A stretch of 64,000 bases of DNA from Clostridia bacterium. GTDB taxonomy: Bacteria; Bacillota; Clostridia; Oscillospirales; Acutalibacteraceae. The stretch spans positions 32,713 through 96,712 of the forward strand of contig JAFODS010000001.1 in assembly GCA_017380575.1 (NCBI GenBank), written 5' to 3'. Made by a program: the position numbers and the translations under genes. Positions 8,337 to 15,010 of this stretch are shown here, piece by piece. The stretch's first letter is position 1, and each line of letters begins with the position of its first letter. The notes under the pieces are model-generated. The model made no database searches. It saw only the letters and a program-made list of their open reading frames with translations, and had not been told where the DNA came from.

Positions 8337-8915
8337 GTGCAGAATGAAAAAATCCAAAAAGTAAAATGGGGAGATATTTTTTATTGTAATTTAGGCAAAG
8401 CGAACGGTTCGGTACAGTCCGGATATCGACCTGTCGTTGTTGTTCAGGCAAACTCCTTGAACAAGTCCAGTCCTACAATCGTGGTAGCTGTAATTACATC
8501 TGTTCGGAAAAACCAATCTATGACAACACATATTATTCTTGATGATAATTGTGGTTTGAGTGAACCTTCGATGATTGTTTTAGAACAACTGCGAACAATA
8601 GATAGAGTGGAAGAGCTCGGAAGATACATAGGTACAATTTCAGATGAAATTAAGAGAAACGAAATAAAGCAAGGTCTCAAACATTTGGTAGGGATTCTTC
8701 GTAAACCAAGAAGAGAACGTGTTGGACGAATATCAACGTTATGTATTAATTGTCAAAAAGAGTTAATGAAGAATCCTGACAATATGATAAGAAGAATTGA
8801 TCCTTGGCAGAGAGAGAAAGATCTTTGTGATAAATGCCAAACCAATTATGGATATGACTATCTTATTACAAAAAAGTATAAACACACAGAAAACCGGGAG
8901 GTGAAAAAGCTTTGA
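8337..8915 (+). CDS. PemK/MazF-family toxin domain fused to a C-terminal CxxC...CxxC zinc-ribbon extension
   Basis: GDIFYCNLGKANGSVQSGYRPVVVVQ...IVVAVITS...LEQLRTIDRVEEL follows the PemK/MazF pattern. About 70 extra C-terminal residues carry CINC and CDKC. The start codon is GTG. Confidence 0.7.
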   Translation: MQNEKIQKVKWGDIFYCNLGKANGSVQSGYRPVVVVQANSLNKSSPTIVVAVITSVRKNQSMTTHIILDDNCGLSEPSMIVLEQLRTIDRVEELGRYIGTISDEIKRNEIKQGLKHLVGILRKPRRERVGRISTLCINCQKELMKNPDNMIRRIDPWQREKDLCDKCQTNYGYDYLITKKYKHTENREVKKL

Positions 8916-9118
8916 TTGAAGAAAAAACTAAAAAAGGAGCCGTTTATGAAAAGCGAGTATATACTGTCGAAGAAATTATGAACATACTTAACATCAGTAA
9001 AAACGCGGCATATACGCTTGTTAATTCAGGCGTGTTCCGCTATGTCAAAATTGGTGGCCACTATCGAGTATCAAAAAAGAGTTTTGATAATTGGCTCGAG
9101 GCTGAAACTATAGAATAA
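8912..9118 (+). CDS. Excisionase-type (HTH_17/MerR-like) DNA-binding protein
   Basis: YTVEEIMNILNISKNAAYTLVNSGVFRYVKIGGHYRVSKKSFDNWL. TTG start with a GGGAGGTGA RBS, overlapping the upstream stop. Confidence 0.7.
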   Translation: MIEEKTKKGAVYEKRVYTVEEIMNILNISKNAAYTLVNSGVFRYVKIGGHYRVSKKSFDNWLEAETIE

Positions 9119-9211
9119 AAATCGCACATTTGTTGTTTCTCTTATATGTTGATATCATATAGTCAAGCTACTTGGCTATATGATATTACACACTTTATGG
9201 GAGGAATTGTT

Positions 9212-9397
9212 ATGATAGAAGAAAGCAAAAAAATCTACTCGGTTAATGAAATACAAGACTTTTTAGGTATTTGTAAATCCAGTGCATATGCTCTTGTTAA
9301 AAGGCAAGAATTTCACAGTGTAAAAATAGGTGATACCTATAGGATTTCTAAAATCAGTTTTGATGAATGGCTAAACAAAAGAAAAGGGGAGTGCTGA
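9212..9397 (+). CDS. Excisionase-type (HTH_17) DNA-binding protein
   Basis: YSVNEIQDFLGICKSSAYALVKRQEFHSVKIGDTYRISKISFDEWL. The ATG at 9212 is preceded by GGGAGG. Confidence 0.7.
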   Translation: MIEESKKIYSVNEIQDFLGICKSSAYALVKRQEFHSVKIGDTYRISKISFDEWLNKRKGEC

Positions 9398-9399
9398 TT

Positions 9400-10101
9400 A
9401 TGGATAAACAAATGTCTCTTGATGAAAGAATACTGTTATTTAATGCTGAAAGTGATACTAGGTATCTTGAGGAAATATTAAGAAATGATAGTGAAAAGGA
9501 GGAAGAATTATGGGAATCCTATTCATCTGAGCAAATTCAAAAGATGTTTTCATTAACCGAAGATGAAGCGCTTAAATTGTTGAAATCAGGATTATTTAAA
9601 GTTTACAGACCAGGCAATGAGTATAGAGCTTCGAAAAAAAGCGTTGAGGAAAATCAACATATTGTTAAAACAATGCTTAATTATCGAGAAAAAAAGACCA
9701 TATCGATTCCTGATTTGAGAAGAATTTTAGGACTTGGAAAAACAGCAGTGTATCGGTTGGTCAATCATCAGTATTTTAAAACTTTTGTGGTGTTTGGGAA
9801 AATGAGAGTAGATGTCGAAAGTTTTGAAGAATGGTATGCAAATCAATTTCACTATCGAAAGGTAAATGGTGAAAGACCCGGAAAAAACTATGGAAAAACA
9901 ATTACATCTACAACGATTGCAAAGGTTTTAGGTATTTCAAGACCATCAGCAAGAGAACTGATTGATAAGTATGATATGGATATGATATGGGTTGACGGCA
10001 CAAGACGAGTAAAGCAGGAAAGCTTTGAAAAGTGGTATGCTTCTCAAACCCATTATAAAAAAGTAGCTGAGATAGAGGAGGTTGAAAGATTTGTCAACTA
10101 A
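9400..10101 (+). CDS. Protein with three tandem excisionase-type HTH_17-like domains
   Basis: The three repeats end in KKSVEE, VESFEEWYANQFHY and QESFEKWYASQTHY, and each is preceded by an HTH-like segment. The ATG at 9400 is preceded by AAGGGGAG. Confidence 0.65.
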   Translation: MDKQMSLDERILLFNAESDTRYLEEILRNDSEKEEELWESYSSEQIQKMFSLTEDEALKLLKSGLFKVYRPGNEYRASKKSVEENQHIVKTMLNYREKKTISIPDLRRILGLGKTAVYRLVNHQYFKTFVVFGKMRVDVESFEEWYANQFHYRKVNGERPGKNYGKTITSTTIAKVLGISRPSARELIDKYDMDMIWVDGTRRVKQESFEKWYASQTHYKKVAEIEEVERFVN

Positions 10102-10312
10102 ATTTGAATCTAAATCATTTTGTGGTAATGTGGCATTTGAGAAAAAGAGTTACACAGTACCTGAAGTAATGAGAATCCTTGATACAACAAGACAATCTGT
10201 TTACAAACTAATAAAAAACGGTTGTTTTCGGGCAGTAAAAGTTGAAAAAGGCTATCGAATTGTTAAGAAGAGCTTTGATGATTGGTTAAACGGTACGGAA
10301 GGGGTAGTATAA
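10082..10312 (+). CDS. Excisionase-type (HTH_17) DNA-binding protein; the start is uncertain (TTG at 10082 or 10091)
   Basis: YTVPEVMRILDTTRQSVYKLIKNGCFRAVKVEKGYRIVKKSFDDWL. It ends 1 nt before the integrase ATG. Confidence 0.65.
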   Translation: MKDLSTKFESKSFCGNVAFEKKSYTVPEVMRILDTTRQSVYKLIKNGCFRAVKVEKGYRIVKKSFDDWLNGTEGVV

Positions 10313-10313
10313 A

Positions 10314-11768
10314 ATGGCATCGATACAGAAAAGAAAAAACAATAAATATTCGGTAATTTATGATGTTGTTGATAAAGATGGCAAAAGAAAACAGAAATGG
10401 GAAACGTTTTCAACCAACGCAGAAGCCAAGAGACGAAAAAATGAAATTGAACATCAGCAGGATAACGGTATTTTCGTTATTCCGACAGTTACAACAGTTG
10501 CAGAGCTGTTAGAGAAGTATTGCTCCATATATGGTGTTGCGAATTGGGCTATGAGTACATATAACTCTCGTAAAGGTTTGATATATAATTATATAATTCC
10601 TCTTATCGGAGATTATAAATTGACCGATATAACGCCTTTGATGATGGATAACTTTTATCAAAGTTTATCAAAAGTTAAATCCAAAACAACAAACAATCGA
10701 AAAGCTAAAACCCCGTGTCTTACTGCACATACCATAAGAGAAATCCATAAGTTGTTGCGGAGTGCTTTTGGTCAGGCAGTTAAATGGGAGCTTATGTCGA
10801 GAAATCCTGTTCTCAATGCTACACTTCCTAAGCACGAGAGCCAAAAGAGAGAAATTTGGACTGCAGAAACCCTGCTTAAAGCTCTTGAATTATGTGAAGA
10901 TGATATTTTGTCGTTAGCAATAAATTTAGCCTTTTCGTGTTCTTTAAGAATGGGGGAGCTGCTCGGCTTGACTTGGGATTGTGTTGAGATTTCAGAATCA
11001 AGGATAGCCGAAAATGACGCTTTCATTTATGTAAACAAAGAACTCCAAAGGGTAAATAAGGATACTATGGAGCTTCTTGATAAAAAAGATGTTGTCAGGG
11101 TCTTTCCACATATTTTATGTAACCAGAACACATCGTTAGTTCTTAAAGCACCCAAGACAAAGACAAGCGTAAGAAAGATATTTCTTCCTAAAACAGTAGC
11201 TTTAATGCTGTTAGAACGAAAACGGCAGATAGAAGATATGCAAGACCTTTACGGTGATGAATATGCTGATTACAACTTGGTTTTTTGTCACTCCTCAGGC
11301 AGACCGATGGAAGCACAAGTTATAAATAGAGCCTTAAAGAAACTCATTACGGATAATAACTTGCCACCTATTGTATTTCATAGTTTCCGACACGCAAGTA
11401 TCACATACAAACTCAAATGGAACGGCGGTGATATGAAGTCGGTACAGGGCGATTCCGGTCACGCACGAATGGATATGGTAGTGGACGTATATAGCCATAT
11501 TATTGATGAGGACAGACGATTTAATGCTCAAAAATTTGACGAGCAATTTTACAACACCAAAGGTTTAAGGAACTGCGAAGAAGGCAAGATAGCACCTATG
11601 CCGAGGTTTGATAAAGATATTTCAATTCTTGACCCGATGGCAAAAACAGAAAGCGAAAGCACAACCGAAACAAAGTCGGAAACCGAAGATAATGTTGCGC
11701 TCATCGCAAAAATCCTTGCTAATCCCGAAGCCGCTGCTCTTTTGAAGATGTTGGCTAACACAATATAA
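10314..11768 (+). CDS. int: Tyrosine site-specific integrase (Tn916/phage-integrase family) with a long C-terminal tail
   Basis: N-terminal arm-binding-like segment KYSVIYDVVDKDGKRKQKWETF. Catalytic-domain motifs are RMGELLGLTW, HSFRHASIT and HARMDMVVDVYSHI. About 90 residues follow the catalytic Tyr. Confidence 0.9.
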   Translation: MASIQKRKNNKYSVIYDVVDKDGKRKQKWETFSTNAEAKRRKNEIEHQQDNGIFVIPTVTTVAELLEKYCSIYGVANWAMSTYNSRKGLIYNYIIPLIGDYKLTDITPLMMDNFYQSLSKVKSKTTNNRKAKTPCLTAHTIREIHKLLRSAFGQAVKWELMSRNPVLNATLPKHESQKREIWTAETLLKALELCEDDILSLAINLAFSCSLRMGELLGLTWDCVEISESRIAENDAFIYVNKELQRVNKDTMELLDKKDVVRVFPHILCNQNTSLVLKAPKTKTSVRKIFLPKTVALMLLERKRQIEDMQDLYGDEYADYNLVFCHSSGRPMEAQVINRALKKLITDNNLPPIVFHSFRHASITYKLKWNGGDMKSVQGDSGHARMDMVVDVYSHIIDEDRRFNAQKFDEQFYNTKGLRNCEEGKIAPMPRFDKDISILDPMAKTESESTTETKSETEDNVALIAKILANPEAAALLKMLANTI

Positions 11769-11771
11769 TAG

Positions 11772-11809
11772 CGAAAGGACACAAAACTTTTATGCTTTGT
11801 GTCCTTTCG
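11772..11809. terminator. Bidirectional hairpin terminator between the integrase and the convergent membrane-protein gene
   Basis: A 14-bp stem (cgaaaggacacaaa / tttgtgtcctttcg) with a 10-nt loop. Confidence 0.7.
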
Positions 11810-11810
11810 T

Positions 11811-12647
11811 TTACCAATATACGGTTGTAAATTTAGTTGGAGCATCAGATAAACTCCAATCATACTCATTATATATTGTTTTGTAATGTTTTTTCATCAC
11901 ATTCTGTTTTTCCTTTTCTATAAATGCATACGAATCTCTATAAACTTTTACTGAATTCTCGTCTTTCTCTTCGCATGCAATAACATAATAATGCTCTGAG
12001 GTTTCAAAAACAATAAATTTGTTATCAACAACTCTTGACTCGCTATACATAGCATTAACCACATTATGGTTATACCCATTTATGTATACAATACTGCATG
12101 AAACAACCAAAAACAATGATGTAAAAATAGCAAGTAAAGAAACCGTAGGTTTTATCAATTTTTTTGTTAATATTTTAGATAGGGATTTTTTAAATATCAA
12201 AACCCAAATAGCAAGACAAATATATGAGAGTAAGTGATGGCTCAGGAAGATTGGCAGAGAAGTTTGGGTGACAAGTATTATGGAGAGAAAAAACAACATC
12301 ATCGTTTCAGTTAAATTTAATAAAAGCAAAGGGAAGAATCCTAGTTTTGTTTCTAGTTTACTTTTCTTTTCCAAGAAATTAAAAAGGATAAAAAGAAGAA
12401 TTACTAGTATAATTTTTGGAGTCACTTCTAAAAATAACTCGTACTTGTCAAAAACTACATCTTCAAAATAATATGTAGGTACTTCAAATAATTTAAAATA
12501 AGGTAGCCAGTATATGTATGTATATAATTTATATCCTTGAGTGCCCAAAATTGCAGCAAAACTGATTATGATAGCCGATAATATTGGAGATTTGTTCATG
12601 AAATTCCAAATAGTTTTAATTATGCTTTTGTTCTCTTTATTACTCAT
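11811..12647 (-). CDS. Hypothetical multi-pass membrane protein with a soluble C-terminal domain
   Basis: A 278-aa ORF with several hydrophobic segments and a GGGGAG-type RBS. No recognisable motif. Confidence 0.55.
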   Translation of the reverse strand: MSNKENKSIIKTIWNFMNKSPILSAIIISFAAILGTQGYKLYTYIYWLPYFKLFEVPTYYFEDVVFDKYELFLEVTPKIILVILLFILFNFLEKKSKLETKLGFFPLLLLNLTETMMLFFLSIILVTQTSLPIFLSHHLLSYICLAIWVLIFKKSLSKILTKKLIKPTVSLLAIFTSLFLVVSCSIVYINGYNHNVVNAMYSESRVVDNKFIVFETSEHYYVIACEEKDENSVKVYRDSYAFIEKEKQNVMKKHYKTIYNEYDWSLSDAPTKFTTVYW

Positions 12648-12969
12648 TTTTAACTCCCCTTTTTATATGTCCGTAAAATCAATAAATTAGACCTTTAATT
12701 ACTATCTAACAGCATTAACCCAATTATTTTTATTAACGAAATATTCCGTTGCTACCGTTGTTGCAGTACCTAAAACGTCTACAGAAATTCCTAATGCAGG
12801 GAAAATATCCAGTGCTTTTCACATTATCACCTTGCTATATAATCTGTATTGCTTATTTTAGCAAAAAAAGTATCGTTTGACAACTAGTTATTAGATTGTT
12901 ATAACGATAGCATCTTGGTATTGAATACATAAGAATAAAATAACACATTAACTGCCACCCCAAAACGCC

Positions 12970-12991
12970 ATTTTGCTAACATTTTGCTAAC
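12970..12991 (+). repeat. Perfect tandem duplication of an 11-bp unit (attttgctaac x2)
   Basis: Read directly from the sequence. It lies in the 476-bp non-coding right arm of the island. Confidence 0.9.
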
Positions 12992-13001
12992 ATGAACGAA
13001 A

Positions 13002-13019
13002 AATATTAGCGAATATTAG
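13002..13019 (+). repeat. Direct repeat aatattag x2 with a 10-bp period
   Basis: Read directly from the sequence: aatattagcgaatattag. Confidence 0.85.
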
Positions 13020-13050
13020 ACGATTTTTCAAGGGAAAATATTAACACAAT

Positions 13051-13068
13051 AAACCTTGAAAACCTTGA
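13051..13068 (+). repeat. Perfect tandem duplication of a 9-bp unit (aaaccttga x2)
   Basis: Read directly from the sequence. It lies 56 bp left of the tRNA fragment. Confidence 0.9.
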
Positions 13069-13123
13069 TATATCAACGATTTTAAGGGACTTCAAGAGAT
13101 TCAAGCAACGCCTAGGGGGCGAA

Positions 13124-13168
13124 CTCCTAAGCGAAAGGCCGTGGGTTCGAATCCCGCCGAGGACGCCA
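13124..13168 (+). other. tRNA-Arg(CCU) 3' half (anticodon loop to CCA) with no 5' half; putative attR core
   Basis: CTCCTAA loop (anticodon CCT at 13126-13128), GCGAA stem strand, 5-nt variable loop, T arm GTGGG-TTCGAAT-CCCGC, acceptor strand CGAGGAC, discriminator G and CCA. The required 5' partner GTCCTCG and the TTCGC anticodon-stem strand are absent upstream. Confidence 0.65.
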
Positions 13169-13176
13169 AAAAAGCA
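13148..13176 (+). repeat. 29-bp direct repeat, copy 1 (tRNA 3' end plus 8 nt of flank)
   Basis: cgaatcccgccgaggacgccaaaaaagca is identical to 13304-13332. Confidence 0.9.
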
Positions 13177-13208
13177 AAATCCACGTAAGTGGGTTTTGTT
13201 TTTTTTGT
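13177..13208 (+). terminator. Hairpin plus T-run after the tRNA fragment
   Basis: atccac-gtaa-gtgggt followed by tttgtttttttt. Confidence 0.55.
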
Positions 13209-13303
13209 TCAAGGGATTCGAAAAGGACGACGGCAGAGCCGGAAACGAGCGTCCGGTGGACGGTCGTTTAGTCCGTGGGCGTGTAGCGGCGGCAGCCGCG
13301 TAG

Positions 13304-13332
13304 CGAATCCCGCCGAGGACGCCAAAAAAGCA
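13304..13332 (+). repeat. 29-bp direct repeat, copy 2 (older att remnant?)
   Basis: Identical to 13148-13176. The sequence to its left is GC-rich and does not fold as a tRNA. Confidence 0.9.
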
Positions 13333-13360
13333 CTTGAATGTTCAATTCAAGTGCTTTTTT
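13330..13360. terminator. Bidirectional rho-independent terminator
   Basis: A 10-bp stem (gcacttgaat / attcaagtgc) is flanked by an A-run and a T-run. It lies just downstream of the TVP38 gene stop. Confidence 0.7.
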
Positions 13361-14022
13361 CATGCTTTCTTCTTCCTCTTTTTATAAATCACCACTGCAA
13401 CAGCAATCGGAACAGCAACGGCGATGAGGATTGCGATATACTTCGGCGGAATTATTTTAAGAACGTCGTAAAGCCCGTCGCCGAGGATTGTGAATCCGAT
13501 AACTCTCGGTGCAAGACCGAGCACGGAAAAGATGAAATACGGAAGGAATTTAAAATCGAATGCGCCCATAAAAAGCGATGAAAAATCAATCGGAAAAACG
13601 GGAGCAAGGCGGATGATAAACGTTGCAATGTTTTTGTTTTTATCCTTCATCGCAAGGAGCTTGTCGCCGCCCTTTGTGCCGCTGAGCCTTTTTTCAACTG
13701 CATCCTTGCCGAGAAATTTGCCGAGGAAGTATGTTGCCGTGACTTCAATAACAATGCCGAGCATATTTATCAGAAGTGCTGTTTTCCAATCGAGTGCAAG
13801 ACCGACGGAAATATAAATCAGCGAAGCGGGAAGGACGAGGAGAATTGCCTTCACAAAATAAACACCGAGAATAATTCCTGCCGCTATGTAAATGCTTGTT
13901 GCCGAGGAAATCAGCTCGCGGATGTCGAGAGTTGAAAGCGTTTTGTAGTTCACGGCAGCAACAGTTATCAGCGTTACGGCAAGAAGAATTTTTATTATAT
14001 TAAGAACTTTATCTTTTTTCAT
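13360..14022 (-). CDS. TVP38/TMEM64 (SNARE-associated, DedA-like) membrane protein
   Basis: A 220-aa polytopic protein with a family-like RLAPVFPIDFSSLFMGA segment. Confidence 0.75.
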   Translation of the reverse strand: MKKDKVLNIIKILLAVTLITVAAVNYKTLSTLDIRELISSATSIYIAAGIILGVYFVKAILLVLPASLIYISVGLALDWKTALLINMLGIVIEVTATYFLGKFLGKDAVEKRLSGTKGGDKLLAMKDKNKNIATFIIRLAPVFPIDFSSLFMGAFDFKFLPYFIFSVLGLAPRVIGFTILGDGLYDVLKIIPPKYIAILIAVAVPIAVAVVIYKKRKKKA

Positions 14023-14247
14023 AATCCACCCCGAAATTCTTTCGCTTTTGGGCGAGTTCGGATTTATACTGTTTCCCTAAGCATATCACAAAACATTCTG
14101 AATGTACACAATAAAAAGAAGATATTGCCAAAAATTTGAACGGTTTGTAAATTGTCGTAATGTGGCAGCAAAACATTATCCTGCACTATTGATTTTAACT
14201 CGTTTATAATGTATATTTATTATATATGTATTATGAGGAAGTTTGCG

Positions 14248-14895
14248 ATGAAAAAAACGTTTAATAAAATTCCGTCCCTGCCGAAGCTTCATCAGGTTAC
14301 GTGGTGGGTCTGCAGAGGGCTTATACTTATCTGGGGTATCGTGATGCTCTTTTCAGGCTACACGACAGAGTTTCTTGAAGCCGTTTTCGGTATAATTTTT
14401 ACTCACCTCTGGGATCTTTTCCAGTGGCTTGGCGGTAAAACATTCATAACTCAGGTGCCTTACCGTCTGCAGACAATGCTCAATCTGCTTCTTTGCTTTG
14501 CGATTGTTGTCGGCACGACGATAAATAAATTCACAACGCTTGATATTATCGATATTCCCGAGCACTTTATGTCGGGCTATATCGCAACGGCAGGAAGCTA
14601 CGAGCTTGCAGTCATTCTTCAGGCTAAACGACCGAAGGATAAAACACTCAGCCCTGCACTTGCGGCAATGTTTGCTTTCGGCTTCGGTGTGGCTTTGCTT
14701 GTCGGTTGGGAATTTTACGAATACACAATGGACAGGCTTTACGGACTTAATCTTCAGCGAACAGCATTTGACACGGAAGCAGGTCTTATCGACACAATGA
14801 TTGACCTCATCGTCGGCTCGGCAGGCTGTCTTCTCAGTATGTTTGTAACAGCGTTCAGTAAGAACAGGAAAGGTAAGAATAAAAATGAGCAGTAA
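14248..14895 (+). CDS. Hypothetical multi-pass membrane protein
   Basis: The ATG at 14248 (MKKTFNKIP) is preceded by GAGGAA. There are five or more hydrophobic segments. No secure family call. Confidence 0.55.
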   Translation: MKKTFNKIPSLPKLHQVTWWVCRGLILIWGIVMLFSGYTTEFLEAVFGIIFTHLWDLFQWLGGKTFITQVPYRLQTMLNLLLCFAIVVGTTINKFTTLDIIDIPEHFMSGYIATAGSYELAVILQAKRPKDKTLSPALAAMFAFGFGVALLVGWEFYEYTMDRLYGLNLQRTAFDTEAGLIDTMIDLIVGSAGCLLSMFVTAFSKNRKGKNKNEQ

Positions 14896-14980
14896 AGCAG
14901 TAAGAATCGTTGCTCTCGTCCTCGCGGGACTTCTCTTTTTCGGTGCGGTATTCGGAGCAGTAACATCAATTTTCTTTTAA
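14885..14980 (+). CDS. Possible 31-aa single-TM micropeptide
   Basis: MSSKAVRIVALVLAGLLFFGAVFGAVTSIFF. Its ATG overlaps the last codons of the upstream gene. It is below the ORF-track cutoff and has no clear RBS. Confidence 0.3.
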   Translation: MSSKAVRIVALVLAGLLFFGAVFGAVTSIFF

Positions 14981-15010
14981 GATATATTCACAGAAAGGCA
15001 GGTGAGTCGT

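Larger units (their letters stand above)
1..13176. mobile_element. Right-hand part of an AT-rich integrative genomic island (tyrosine-integrase type). It ends at a tRNA-Arg 3' fragment, and the left end is outside the window.
   Basis: Visible compositional break at about 13.1-13.2 kb. The integrase, excisionase-like HTH genes and a sigma/MazF-like module cluster at the right end. The island terminates at a 45-nt tRNA 3' half (13124-13168). No relaxase or conjugation genes are seen in the visible part. Confidence 0.6.

Noticed and set aside
12733-12822. A 29-aa Cys- and Arg-rich minus-strand ORF (GTG start, AAGGTGA RBS; MKSTGYFPCIRNFCRRFRYCNNGSNGIFR) in the island right arm.
   Set aside because: It is very short, has a non-ATG start, and lacks the hydrophobic segment expected of a type I toxin. 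With no way to test conservation here, it cannot be distinguished from chance in AT-rich DNA. It is worth re-checking only if homologous elements conserve the frame.
13249-13324. A 76-nt stretch ends in the tRNA-like ...CCCGCCGAGGACGCCA and has a D-arm-like hairpin (GGAC-N9-GTCC), so it looked like an intact tRNA.
   Set aside because: It has no T-loop (TAGCGAA instead of TTCGAAT with a paired stem). Positions 1-7 do not pair with 66-72 in register, and there is no anticodon stem-loop. Only the last 21 nt are tRNA-derived.
13100-13335. A tmRNA (ssrA) gene was considered as the island target, because of the GGATTCGAAAAGG and ...GTGGGTTCGAATCCCGCC... motifs.
   Set aside because: The acceptor strand CGAGGAC-G-CCA cannot pair with a GGGG... 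tmRNA 5' end and lacks the G3:U70 alanine identity pair. No tag reading frame or pseudoknot-sized body (about 350 nt) is present. The anticodon-loop sequence CTCCTAA fits tRNA-Arg(CCU) instead.
13189-13581. A 130-aa plus-strand ORF spans the att-remnant region and runs into the TVP38 gene.
   Set aside because: It reads through the tRNA-derived repeat and a terminator hairpin, and is antisense to a well-supported membrane-protein gene. Its composition is Arg/Gly/Ser-rich and non-protein-like.
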